In this document: in pieces, positions 46,101 to 62,859 of the stretch
Position numbering within the stretch: position 1 is the stretch's first letter
Layout: every line of letters begins with the position of its first letter
DNA from: Marsupella aquatica
Lineage: Eukaryota; Plantae; Marchantiophyta
Length of the DNA stretch: 64,000 nucleotides
NCBI GenBank assembly: GCA_973895155.1
Contig: OZ316895.1
Location: 15,816,816-15,880,815 of the forward strand
Direction: 5' to 3'
Notes under the pieces: model-generated
The model's input: only the letters and a program-made list of their open reading frames with translations
The model's database searches: none
Told to the model about the DNA's origin: nothing
Translations under genes and position numbers: made by a program

Positions 46101-49100
46101 CTGCAGATTTTTGGATCCGACTCACAAATCAAGTACTATAAAATACTGGTGGACGGTGGCCTCTAGTTCACTTCCTTTTCTGCATGTAACTCAATTCCTA
46201 TTGACCATGTGAGTGACATCAGCTGATTACATCCAATTTTGTCCTCAGACATCCTAAAAAGAAACCATATGCATCATAACATTCTCATTGAAGCAATAAT
46301 AAACAGAGACATCAAGTCGATTCCGTTTTGGATCTAACATATCTGATTACATCCAATTTAGTCCTCACCTGAAGAAGAAGTCACCGTAACAGTCTAATTA
46401 AAGGAAAGAAATAACAAACAAAGACATTTGTCAAGACTATTCCTTTTTGGATCAATGCTCGAGGCTTTTTAGAGGAATCTTCAAACAAATTTCTAGCTAT
46501 AATAGTAAAATCTCATTTTCAGCAACAAAAGTCTGACTGCAAACTTGAAACAACTATAATGATGACTGGAAGGAAAACACAATTGAATTGAGGTAATAGG
46601 TTCTATTATAAACCGAGAATCTAATGAATTGAGGTAGTAGGTTCTACTATAGAAGCTGTGGTACAGGCACAACGTCAAATCCATAGTGGACAATTATAGG
46701 AAGAAATACAACAAAAACTTTGGAGAAGTTTGCACCTGCACGACAAATTAAAGTTGGAGACCGGTAGCAGCTAGTTGGCAGGCAATGGGACAACCACGCT
46801 GAAGCAATCTAATTATTGTTGAGATCCCAGTTGAGATTTTGTAGCGCATTTGCAAGAAACGCAACTTTATTAGATACCCAACAACTTTTGAATTCCATGA
46901 ATATCGAACATAAAATAAAATAACATCAAAACAACATCATGATTCATTTGACATTTGCATCAAAATGGCAATGAGCACTGAAATTATGCTCTCTATACAG
47001 TGTGAAGACATGATAGATTTAGAGCACAAACAAATACTAGCGCAACAAGGGGTGCAGAACCAAAGGAAAAAAGCGCAGCCAAATTTACGTATGCTCTCAC
47101 TTGCTTCCTTTGCAATCAGCGGCAAGGAGCAAGTTATGGCAGCATTGCAATTTTCTTTCTGCATTGATCAATCAGCAACATCATTGGTAATAGTTCCTGT
47201 GAAACTTCACCTCGCATCCTAACCTCCCACTTGACCTCACAGCCAGGCTCACAACTCAAGTCAAAGGAATATTTGCAAGTCGCTCAGTGAGCTCGTTACT
47301 GATAGGTGATACCAGGGCAGGAACCAACTAGGTAGGTAACAGGGAGCGCAAAATGAGGGACGTGAGGGGAACCCGCACTCCCTACTCCTCACATTTGTCG
47401 AGGGAGTGGCCCTCGCCCCTAGTTAGCTCTCATTGGATGTGGCCAACTCAAAAATCTCTATCTGTACTCCGTACTCCACGTCTGTACCTACTCCTTGCTC
47501 CATGGGACCCTGCCCTAAGCCATGACCCTGGCCATGACGTGACTTAATTTGATACACAAAAAAAATATACACATAGTGATGAGGGTGCCACTATAACAAG
47601 CTTGCAGCTCTAATTAATATCAGCTGATTGAAACTAAGCAAAAGGCAACTATTTGTTCAATGTGATCTAAGGGAGAATAAGCCAAAGGCTCACATTGGTT
47701 TCATATCAGGAGAGGATTTCAACAGTCTGTGCCTGTGTATGTCATGCAAACCTGCTTGCACATCCACTTGTGTTGTGTGCTCATGTGCCTGACCATATGC
47801 CACAGTCATCAAAACTGCCACTATCTACAAACACATACTCTTGCCATGATCGGGGCCATGATCTGATGATTTTGAAAAAAAAAAACATTTGAAATCCGTC
47901 AGCCAAAATTAATTCCTGCCAACCTGACTTTGTAACCAGCTCATGGGTGATTCAAGTGTAACATTGCATATTATAGAAGTTACGAGCCCGACGCCCATGC
48001 ATTGTAGGATCAACAAGGTGAGGCATGGATAGTGAGGGTAGGCATAGAGGGCAGGTGTGGCATGGCTTGCATGTAGAGGTCATTGTCCTTACATGTAGAC
48101 CTTACATGTAGACCAGGTCTACTCTGCTGTACCACTGACCAGAAGTTGAAGAAAAGGTGACCCATGATAGTCACCAAACTTTTATGACTGATCATTCTGG
48201 GAGTAGGGATCAGACTACAGCGCCCCCCCCCAAAAAAAAAAAAAACATTAAAATTAATCTGTGGACCCCCATGTTAATATTTTAGAGGCATTTATCTAGA
48301 AACTGAAGCCTAAATGGAACTCTAATTCTAAAGAATTTTTTTTCATAAATGGACAAGTCAATGTTTGACACGTGAAACAATTGTCAAACTTACCAAGACA
48401 ACCATAATTAACATCAATCACAAAATTAGTTGCAATGTGACCTATTGTTTAATGTGTGGGCAGCTTAATTGCCCACTTCAGCAAAATGGTGTTCGACGAT
48501 TTCCTCCACGTTATCGAAGGGATGCTGGATGCATTCAGGTTGCATCGAAAGTAATTACTTTTCAATTCCTACATGCAGATAGACAAAGATAGAGAAGTCA
48601 TTGGTGTCATCAAATCACTAACCTTGCATAATTGTTTAAGACAAAAATTTTTATTGAAACAAATTTCCAATTGTGGAATTCAGAATGGATTGAAAGCTAG
48701 AGAAATTTAGAAATTCATAACCACTTTAGCATTTGATAAATTCTCTCAATGTCACATCATTGGAAAGTTAGAGAACATTGGAAACTTATAATCTCCTCAG
48801 ACCTCAACTAAATCTATCAATGTTAAGTTCATTAAACAACTAAAGAAATTCTAAAATTCATAATCTCCTTAGTACTCGATAAAATCTATCAATGGAAGGG
48901 GTCAACATTTCAGGGGTTGTACAACAAAAATTTCTATTCACATTAGAGATTACAAAATCACGGGTCAAATCTATTTTTTAAATTATTTATTCAATTCTTA
49001 TCGAATGGTGTCAATTCTGAGCTCATCACAACCGTCTCTTCAAGATCTTTCCAACGCCATATTATATGTGAGTTTTCATTATGATTTGACTCAACAATAT

Positions 49101-51160
49101 CAAATCAAAAATTGTTGTCATGAAAATTTTATGTTCTGAATAAAATCAAAATGAAAATAAAATTGTTAATGGGAGCAGTTTTATTTCAATCTTTTTATCT
49201 TTTGATTTGCATGTCAATTTTTTTACATTCTTTTTTATGGCATGGCGTCCTAATTTTTACAGCAAAGTTGCCACAAACATGAATGTAGAAGTTAATTTTA
49301 TCCAAAAACAAGTCCCTTCCTGTTTGTGGCATGCCATGATAATGTGGCGCACTGTGGAGCCAGGAATTTTGAAAAGGACCTCTCATGGGGGTCCGTAAAA
49401 ATTTAGAAAATTAAAATTTGTCTTTATATCAAGTAAATGCCATACTAGATCCCCAGTCCAAATTGTCTTTATATCAAGTAAATGCCATACTAGAACTACA
49501 GCCCATATTGTCTTTCTATCATGGAATGCAATACAGGAAAAAATAATGGATCACAAGTTTCTTAGGATAGCTACAGTAGTTTATGTAAATAGCAAGGGTC
49601 TCCAAAAATAGTTGCACACCTCGAACCTGTATTTCACGCAAATGCTAAGGATGTCTTCCCGCCCAAATGACACTCAGTCAACACAGGCTATACACGAGAA
49701 TGGACTGGGTTCAATATTATAGAGTGTAGATTAAAATCAGATTAAAAACAATGCAAATGTGTCTTTTCGATGTAAACCTTGAGGTTGCAGATGGCGAAAG
49801 CGGGGGATTTGCACACAACGGTCTCACATGCGTCGTGGGAAATAGAGATTTGAAATTAACAGCACGTTGGTTGATTTGAACGCTTGAGAATGCATTTCGA
49901 ATTGAACTGTGATAGTGCTTTTGAATTGTAGAAATAATTGCTGTTCGACATGATTCGAAATTGTTTATCCTCCTGAGGAAGTCAAAAGTTGCATCTATGG
50001 GTGGCTGCCGAACCGATTGTAAGGAAATCGGGACGTTAGAATTAAGAAACGACTCCTTCAATGCGAACACTGGTCTCGGCCGGTGTTGCAATCCAGAGTG
50101 ACATGGTGAATCGTCGGAAGTGGCACGCATGATCGATTCAGGAGTTTCCAGGCTTGGAAGGTGCCCGAGATAGACTCGAATTGTTACCGACAGGGCAGCT
50201 TCCCGTTGATTGTTAGAACCGATTGAACTCCTACCACAAGAACTGTCCCGTAAGCAGAACGATCAGTCATGTACCTAGCCGGCTGCCACATTCCGTCCTT
50301 CTTTCAATTTCTGATGCACTCTTTTCGATCTCTGTTCGATATTCTGGTTTCGGCACTATTGAGCTCTCTGGCCACCGTCTACTTTCGCGAGTCCGACCGC
50401 GCGACATCTAGCTTGCATGTTCCGAATTGTAATCGTTCCGGAATTGTAATCGTTCCGTTCCAGACGTGCGTAGTCTTCGATCATAGAAATCAGATACATT
50501 GTACCGCTGCTGATCAGGTTGATCCTAGCTCGTTGATCGGGAACGTACACTCACGATCGGGGCTGAAGCTTGATCCAAGCTTGCTCAACAGGTACACTGT
50601 CCAGCTCGCTGCTTCCTGAAGACAAATGAGAATATGTTAGAAGAAACTAGCTAGAAAGCAATACGTACTGGCAGGACTGCAGCATGACTACTGTAGTAGC
50701 TATTGATCCGGCTGAGCAGATTGAACGCGAAGAGTGCTAGATGGTCTGTTCTTCACGACTTACATTTTTTTCGGTTGTGCCCGTCTAATTGATGAGCAGG
50801 ATTTCACTGACGCGGCCCGGTCAGCCTGTTTTACCCTGGTCTATCAGTGGACGCAATTTGGTTATGATAGTTCGCCAGATATGTTAGAAACTCTAAGTTC
50901 TGAGCTCGATCGTTTAATTGCTCCAACAGAATTCTACTCGGTTATGACAACACTAGATGTGTAGACGCTTGGCATCTCTTAAACCTTATACTCTCTATAG
51001 ATTCGTTTAAGAGCTTTAGCACGATTTGCTCGTGTAAAAAACTGGATGGATGCTTTGATCGAGTAACGAATATTTAACACGCAGTTCGTTTGGCATTCAT
51101 GGCGGGCTCAGGTTTGAATTGACGGTGATTAAGATCGATCGATATAAACGACTAGCAGCC

Positions 51161-51703
51161 ATGAGCAGCGGAGGAGTTCAGAGGCGACGCAGTATGGGTT
51201 CCGGACCTGCAATAACTGCAGACTCAGCTGACCTCTTCCCAAGCTCGCAGGAACAGCGTGTTCGGAGTCACCAAACACACAAGAAGGTATTCAAAGCCAG
51301 TGTTGCTGAGAGGAGAACCGCAACACAAAGTCAGTGCTACACCACCTGCAGCAACCTCGACCCTAAACACAAGCGCATACATCTTACTCGTTCCGACTTC
51401 TCCGAGACGACTGTGGAGTCTATCGCCTATAGCAGCGACAGCAGCGTTTGCAACGACGACTCTCTTACGACAGCAGATAGTCCTGAGTGTGTCATCTCAC
51501 TACAGCTGCAGATGAAGGAGCTCTTCAGCCTCAGTCCTTACTACCTGGACTCCACGGACAAACTTATCAACCTTCCGGACGACCTCATTAGGGATGTTTT
51601 TCGCCATCTCTCCGTGAAAGAGATCGTGCGTATGGGCTGCCTTAACAGAATGTGGCGTTCCGAAATGCAGCGAGTCATCAACGACGGGCACTTCAAATTA
51701 TAG
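51161..51703 (+). pseudogene. F-box-motif ORF that ends shortly after the F-box (truncated gene or pseudogene)
   Basis: LINLPDDLIRDVFRHLSVKEIVRMGCLNRMWRS fits the F-box consensus; TAG at 51701 leaves no substrate-binding domain. Confidence 0.6.
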
Positions 51704-52639
51704 CTGACAACGCTGGTCCCATGCATCGATCCAGCCAGCACCAACTTAGCGGATCATGTTGCCCCGACTTCAACAATCTCATCGTTTATCACCTACATTA
51801 GCTAGCGGTCCGCAATCCCAAAGCCTGCAAGCTCGTTTTAGGTTGTGTTGATTAATGATCAGATTGTTGAAGTCAAGGCATGATCATTAATCATCAGATT
51901 AATTAATGTACATGGGATCAGATCATTAGCTCCACGACGGTTGTGTACGTATACTGAATTGCCATGGAGGATACAATTGATTCTCCAAGTAATTCTAGCT
52001 CTGTAAATTGAAGTTTATTGGGTACGCGCGACGTTATAGCATAACGTTCATCGCACTTGTGCACCCACCAGTTCATGTCGACGGTCTAGCATTGACCTTG
52101 TCTCCTACCCATGCTAATTGCTGCAATTGCAAGTATTTAATTTGTAGTTTTCACATATCGGATAGAATTATAGTGAAGCGTAGATTGAAAATGACTCAGC
52201 TTCCACAGTTACTATACTCTTGTTCCGCTGCTTTCGTTATATATGATCATGAACTACCTGATTGGCTGGACTGAAATATTATTCAGCGTCCACTACTCTC
52301 GTGCTGCTGTTTTCGTTGTTATCATGCACTACCACGGGATGGATTGGAAATGATTTAGCGTCCAGTACGGTACTCTTGGTCTGCTGCTTTCTTACCACGC
52401 GGTAGTCCTCGTTGGTGATTTTCCAAAGTGGGGAAATTACTAAGTTTGAACTAGTTAACTGTGCTGCATGCTTTTTCCGAGAATTAGATTTGTCGTGCTA
52501 GATATAGCAACAAGTATGTATTACCCGTAGTGGTACAAGTCACGCTGGGTGATTGGATTGGTCGATGAAACGAAAGGATTCTTGCGCTCCGCTCTGAATT
52601 GGAGTCATATATTTGCAAAAACTGTTTTCTTTTCAAATT

Positions 52640-53600
52640 TTTGAATAGAAGAGGACGGTTAGGCATGCGACCCTCGCCACGAGGGAACGTACGCGGTGGA
52701 GGAAATGGACTATCGAGAAGGAGCACAAGTTCCCCACCCTCACTTCGGTTATGCCCTTGGAGTCGTTTCTCGAAGAGTGCAAATTGGGGAAAGTCGTACA
52801 AGCGGACCTCAAATTCGGGCAGTTGACAAAGAACAACACTGATATGTCGTAAACTAGAGGTACATGGAGGTCATGATAGAGCTGTTCAGATTGTTCGGTG
52901 TGTTCAGCCACGCAGATTACATCCCATTCTCGCAGAACTTTCACCTGTAAGGGTACAACAAACAAATGCAAGTGCAAAGACAGACTGATATCTTCTTGCA
53001 TGGATAACGTAGTCAAGGAACACCGATCGACAGAGACTTGCTTCTGAGACTCGAGCTGAGACTTCCGAACAGCATCAATGGTGACTTTATGGGATTTGTC
53101 GTTGTGTTGCTGACTCGTCCAAGCGGACCCGATGAAAACGTTCGACTCACCAGCAAATCAAATCCATCCTACTGTATATCGAATCGATCAGTCAGAGCTC
53201 AAATCTGGAACCCTACTTGCAAAACTCTCCTGCTCACATTGAAGCTGTGTCAATTCGAGTGCTTATGCCAATCATGGCTCTGATGTTGATGGGTTGTGCT
53301 CGATCACCAACTCAGTAACTTGCCTGGGATATATCATTCCAGGATCGACCGCATTTCGGGAGGATTGGAAACATCCAGCTAGTAATTCAGTGGAATGGAT
53401 CTTGACATGGCTGTTGAATCACCCGGCCGCACTGAAAAAGGTCGAAGACGAGCTCGATTTTGTAGTGGTCTGGGCGAACATAATTTCCACAACTGCATGC
53501 CTTCAGGCGTCTCATCAGAGTCTCACAGTTTACTGGAGAAGCTGAATCCAGTCCCTTTAGAGCTCACTCCAGGCTTGAATTCCATAGTCTAGTCCAGAGG
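52640..53600 (+). pseudogene. Cytochrome P450 (CYP71-clan/A-type) pseudogene fragment
   Basis: Frame-broken segments EVMIELFRLFGVFSHADYIPF...L*GYNKQM, DNVVKEHR, GFVVVLLTRPSG, I-helix GGLETSS frameshifted into SVEWILTWLLNHPAALKKVEDELDFVV, and LNPVPL. Heme-binding region not found. Confidence 0.8.
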
Positions 53601-55818
53601 AGCGCACAATGATGGTGAAGTTCTGCCCAGGCTCGACAGTCCAGTGACATTCTCTAAGTGCACACTCCTGGGAAGAAGCCTCTGTTGTGCATGACATTAT
53701 AAGTGCAAAAACTTGGACTTTGCATTTATTAATTGCAATGGGCCCTCCCTCAGTCTTGACTGCATTTTGTAACTTGTACGCATTTTGTAACTTGTACATC
53801 CCTGCCTTAAAACATGATGAGTGCAAATTTTACTATACATCCTAATGGCTTGCACTAATTGTAAGTGGAATAAATTGTGCGCTTACTGGTAAGTATGCAT
53901 AAACCCTTCTACAGTAAAGGGTTTGCACATATATGTTTGACAGTTTGGTGCTTCACTCTTTGCACTTACAAAAGGTGAAAAATGGCAGGGGAAGAAGCCA
54001 AGGACAGGACAATTTGCAATTACACAGGGTTTTCACTTATGGAGTGTGCACTGAGAGAGCTGTCAATGTTGTTTCTGGTGCTCATGTACCAGGTCATGTC
54101 CCTCTGAGGGTCACATGGCAAAAGGAGGACCGAGGCCTATGTTGTGTGTTACCCAACAACTTATTCTACCCGTTTGTTGTGGAGGTTTCTGGGGCTCTAC
54201 ATCCAACCTTCTTACAATCGTGTGCGGTTCATTATGTTAAGCGGAGGCCTTAATATCCTCCTGAGTATGTTTGTCCTGAGTATGTTTGTCATCACGCCTT
54301 TTTTCAATAGCAGGTGTCAGTCTCACTTCAGAGGACTGGAGCATTTACTATACTTTGTGGGGGTGAAGTGGTTGGGTCTAGGGGCAGGTAGTCAGGTTAT
54401 CTTGTTAGAACCCCCCCTACCCAATTCAGTTTGGAGCTCTCCAACTTTTGCAGTTTGTTGATAGATAGAGTTTTAGGTTTTCTGTCATCAATTGGTTTTG
54501 GAGTGGGCTTTTGTTGGAGGCCCTTGAGCTTTTTGGCTCTTTGATTGCCTCCCCTTCTTGGGACTTTTCCCTCTGGTATTTAGGAAACTGAAGCAAGGAT
54601 GGACCACCATGTTAACATAGTGTTCCTGTGGACCAATGTTTTGGTGGTCCATGGGAGTTTGGGGCCCATAGATTGATGACTATGAGTCCAAAAGTCATTA
54701 TTAGTTTTGGACATGTACGGCAACTAGAATAGGAGACATTAAACAAGGCAAGCCCAAAAGTTCATCTTAACGCAATGAAAATTAATGTAGTGGAATTTAC
54801 CCCTCTGGATTCTATGATGCAAAACTCATCCAAAAATGGCCAAAAGAAATCATTGTCACTTGGATGAATGTGTAACTTACCTACACCTCTAGCCTGTCCC
54901 CAAAACTAAAATGATATCAATTTATGATATCAAGCTATTACAATGAAACTCAAATTTTGCAAAATGTGGTCCATGGGGTTTCAAAGACCAACCTTGTGGT
55001 CCATGGGATTTGGGCGCCCCCTTGTTTTTTTTGTTTTTTGTTATTTTGCTTTTATAGCTCCAATAGAGTTGAGGTCTAGGCTTCTAGAGTGAAGCCTCCA
55101 CACCATGACTCTAGGGCCCACCAAGATTTATGTGCATGGAAAGGAGTATATCTACTAGGGCATCTCAGAACTAGTTGAGAAATAATTACCCACGGAAAAT
55201 TATGTCGCAGAGGGTTTGGGAGTGCAAACACGAAGGGTTTGGGAGGGCGGGAAGGTCCGGGCGAAGGGTTTGGGAAGAATCGGGTAATGACGGATTGGTC
55301 TGGGGTTACTGGTCTGTAACCCTGTGACCAGAAAGTGAGAAAACGCTGATCGGGGATAGCTGGGAACTTTTTCTGAGCTTTGTGGGAATGGGTTTCAGAC
55401 AATAACCCCAGCCCAAACTATCATTATCATATGTAATGCCTGTCTGGAAAAAGATTACCGGGCAAGATTTTTTGGGCACATGGTTATGGAAATGGTGGCA
55501 CTTGCTAGAAAAGGTTACACACTGGTAACTTTGCTTCCTGACAGGAATTACAGGTTGGGCCTGCTCTGGATGGGGAGGGCGGGCAAAGGGTTCGGGAGGG
55601 CAGGGGGAGGGTCCAGGCCAGGCTTTACCATAGCCGGGTGAGGGGCCAGGCAGGGTACGGGACGGGGATGGGGAGGGCCAGCCGGTCGAGTACGGGGAGG
55701 GCCGGGGAGGGCCAAGGGAATAACAGGGAATATCCAACATTGGGACCGATTTCTGTCCGGCAAGTGACGAGTTGACATGCCCGACAACTCGACAAGTTGC
55801 AGATCAGTTCAAACCTGG

Positions 55819-55966
55819 CTAGAGAGTGTACTCTCCAAGTAGGCAAGTAGGTTACTAATGTAGAGAGTGTACTCTCCAAGTAGGCAAGCAGGTTACTACC
55901 CTAGAGAGTGTACTCTCCAAGTAGGCAAGTAGGTTACTACTCTAGAGAGTGTACTCTCCAAGTAGG
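55819..55966. repeat. 41-bp tandem repeat (3.6 copies) with internal palindrome GAGAGT-GT-ACTCTC
   Basis: TAGAGAGTGTACTCTCCAAGTAGG starts at 55820, 55861, 55902 and 55943. Confidence 0.95.
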
Positions 55967-56759
55967 TGACTGTTGATTGGTGAGTGCAGTCTGGGCAAGA
56001 GCGCGGCAAAACGCTTTCTGCAGCTTCCAATTTCCGTGACATCAACAAAATCTCTCAAACCCCACTCCCCTCGCAAATGGCTGCCGGCCTTCTTCGCCTC
56101 CGCTCCTTCGTTCACCATCGACAACCCACCCGACTCTTCATTGTTTGATTGATCCTCAAGATTTGCAAGCACGGAAAGAAAAAATCGAAAGAAAGAAAGG
56201 TCACATGCTCCGCTTGCGAGCTCCGTGCAGATCCGTCAGTCTCTCCTCATGAGTCATCGCGTAATGCTAGTGTAAGGCCGTCCCATTGTCAAGAATCTGG
56301 GACTCTCATCCTGCGTCTCCGCCTTTCTACTGCTCGGCTTGGCTCTCTTGCAGCAGCTGCTGAGGGTTTTACCATATGCGGCAGTCTGACATTGCAGAGC
56401 ATCGAATTCGTAAGGAGGAGAGGAATGTTGGGGTTTAGCGATTTTTGCATTTCACGGAGATTGTTCCCGAAGACGTTCCTGGAATCGAGAGTCTCTGAAA
56501 TCAGGGAACACGTGTGTGCAGCAGGAGCAGGAACTCCCTACAATTTGAGCTGTTCAGCATCAGCAGCAGGCGAGGAATGTAGCGAAGGAGGAGAACAGCA
56601 GCGTTCTTGTAATCTGTCTTCACGATGAGAAACGGCTTCTGGGATTGATTTGCTTCTCCGAGGCTGGCAGTATATCTCCTATTTATTTATATCTTCCTTT
56701 CTTTTTCACAACAACGGTGAGGGCAGCTGGGCGCGTTTTGTCAGGGCGGGATATTCAAG

Positions 56760-60204
<3,445 letters not shown>

Positions 60205-61288
60205 TATTGCCACTTCATCTTCCAATTCACCCTCTAAAGTATCAGATTGGATCATTCTTTCCTCAATGGAGGCTGATATTTTTGTTTTTTAACGAGTTGT
60301 GAGGTTAGCTTAGTTTTGTGAATTTCCAGTTAATCTACTCCTTGTTCAGATATGAACTGCTGGCTCCTGCTTAGCAACATCAAACATCAATGTTGTATTT
60401 TCTGCTGTTGGCTGTCGCAGGTGCATCACTCGCTTTTCTGCTGTCCCCTTTTATTTTTACCGATTTCCTAGCACTAGGTCTCTTAATTTGGTCAGCGTCG
60501 TGATAGGAGAACGCACTATCTTCGTGCCTCGCCAAAAGCAGATCGAATATCTCTGAAGATTTCACCTTTGATGCGACACCAGCTGGTGAGCAGCAGCTTG
60601 TAGCAATCTGTAACACATCGAATGATATGATATATATCCGTTCCCTGCATCAGGCTGTGTGTCGCGTGAGAAAGTACCTGGAAGGATCTGAAATGCCTCA
60701 GCTCTGAAATCTTGACGAGCAAGCCAATGGTGGTAGTATTTTAAGATTCTAAAAGCTTTGGTTACCAAGTTACGGAGGCTTGTTGATTACCTGACCATGT
60801 TGTCTGTTGTTCCTTACAACACTAGAGGACCTACCCTGAAATACCTTTGGCTGAAAACATGTCCGAGGAGTTTTGAGAGAAACGTTTGTATACTTTCATT
60901 TTGTGTGACCAAGACAGGTCCTCTTCATGGCCTGAGCCCATCCTGAATAGAATACACCAAATGGAGTTCAAATGGGGTTATAAATCTTCAATTCTCCCGA
61001 ATTCATTAATAATTCTGGGTGTATTTGCCATTTGGAAAAGCCCTTTGAAGCATTTTACTTCAATGCTAGAACGGAAATGGAGCTGAAGTGGGGTCTTCGT
61101 GTTCAGAAATGTCCCCACAAATCCTCACGATGTGCCAGAATTACATATAGGTGGCTCCATAGAATGAAACGTGAATTCTTCTTCCAATATATTATCTTAT
61201 TCAAATTTCTTTTCTTGTGTATTTTAATTCAATGTGTCTTACCAAGCATCCCTTGTATACTTTAGATTTTGAATTTAATCTGGCACCC

Positions 61289-61458
61289 TTCTAAATTTTT
61301 CAATCTTTGCTATACTATTGATCATTCACCCTTTAACAAATCTCAGCGAAGTTTAATCTTTGCTATACTATTGATCATTCACCCTTTAACAATTCTAAAT
61401 TTTTCAATCTTTGCTATACTAATTATCATTCACCCTTTAACAAAGCTCAGGGAAGTTT
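61289..61458. repeat. 38-bp repeat in three copies with alternating short linkers (A-R-B-R-A-R-B)
   Basis: AATCTTTGCTATACTATTGATCATTCACCCTTTAACAA at 61302, 61355 and 61406 (third copy slightly diverged). Confidence 0.88.
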
Positions 61459-62859
61459 TAGCCCTTAATGAAGAAGAAATAATCTAATTAAAGTGTATTC
61501 CTCGTGTCCTTAAGTTCTACTCATGTCCTAAATTTATGATTTTAATTCATGTGAGCATCATTATCTAAGATAAGTAATCTTTACTAATGTATAATATCTA
61601 CAGAACCTAATACCATAGACTTAAATTTTATTTATTTATTATTATTTTTCTTTATATGTATTTTTATTCTTGTATTTTATGTGTTTTATATGTATATTTT
61701 TATTCTTATACTTTATATGCACAATTTTTCAATATTATTCTTCTACATGTATATTTTTATTCTTGTATTTTATGTGCACAACTTTTCAATAAATTAGATC
61801 ACCTGTATATCACTAAAAAATTGAAATTTTTTACTAGAGAATAAAATAACTTTTCATGTTCGAGGATGAATATGCTCTATATATAGGTGGCTCACATTTA
61901 GTCTTCAACTACATCTTCCCACATCCTGGGCCTATTTCAGACTTGTACTTACCAGGCCTGCCTCCTTTAATTCCGTTGGTCTGCCTTATAATCGCACACT
62001 CCATGGAGTAAGTTCATCCCTTTACATTACTCCAGTACCGATCACTGGGACACTTGATGATCAAGTCTACAATCCTATATGGAAACCTCACGAATTGTGA
62101 TAATAGTTGTGATAATACTGCAATAGCCAATAACCGTGAACTGTCTGCGGAACTGTCTGTTCGGTGCTAACAAACTTACCGAACCACCAATCTCACAAGC
62201 TTATGAACTTTTACAAAACTAGCAATTGTAACAATCAAACATGAAAAATGAAACCAAAACGCAGTCCACAGCCTGAATCAAGAACAATTCTATTGTAACA
62301 CATGTGCACATAATTTTCTTTCGTTGGAAAACAAATCTTAATTTGATCAAGATCACATCCAGAGGAATAAAATCTTCCATCCTCCAATTCTCAAGTCAAT
62401 ATCCAAACTTCCACACGTGTTGGAAATTCTACAATTTAGCCCTGCGGGGTCATTGCTGAAACCATGAAATATTCATGATCAGACTTTGAAATTATGGAAC
62501 CAACGTTAAATCAATCACGCTCTAAAATCAATCGGACCCTGAATCACTGCTGCCCTAAACTCGAGGTGGCCCGTTACCGATCAGCGTTTCTGCCAAGCCT
62601 CGGTTGAGAATATTGCTCCATCCACCTTTGTAGACTTACCATTTTCCACAAGGTAGGCCAATAATAGCGCAGACCCAAGGATTCTGGGATCACTGGTGTG
62701 GCTTGCTACGAAATTCGAGTCCAATTGATCCGCTCCACATGCAAACAAACATGTTTTTGGCAATGTACAGAGTGGCAACGAACCAGAAGTAATGCAGACA
62801 CCTGGTAAAGATCAACTCACAGAACGAAGCCCAACCAGAAACGCGACCCACATATTTTT

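Noticed and set aside
55200-55760. Pro-rich minus-strand ORFs and G-run clusters
   Set aside because: These are by-products of a degenerate G-rich repeat; no domain or splice support, and any G-quadruplex role is untestable here.
55819-55966. Palindromic repeat as a CRISPR array
   Set aside because: The units are head-to-tail with no unique spacers.
61289-61458. CRISPR-like 38-bp repeats with linkers
   Set aside because: The linkers are only 13-15 bp and are themselves repeated (A,B,A,B); there are no cas genes and the context is eukaryotic. It is a higher-order tandem duplication.
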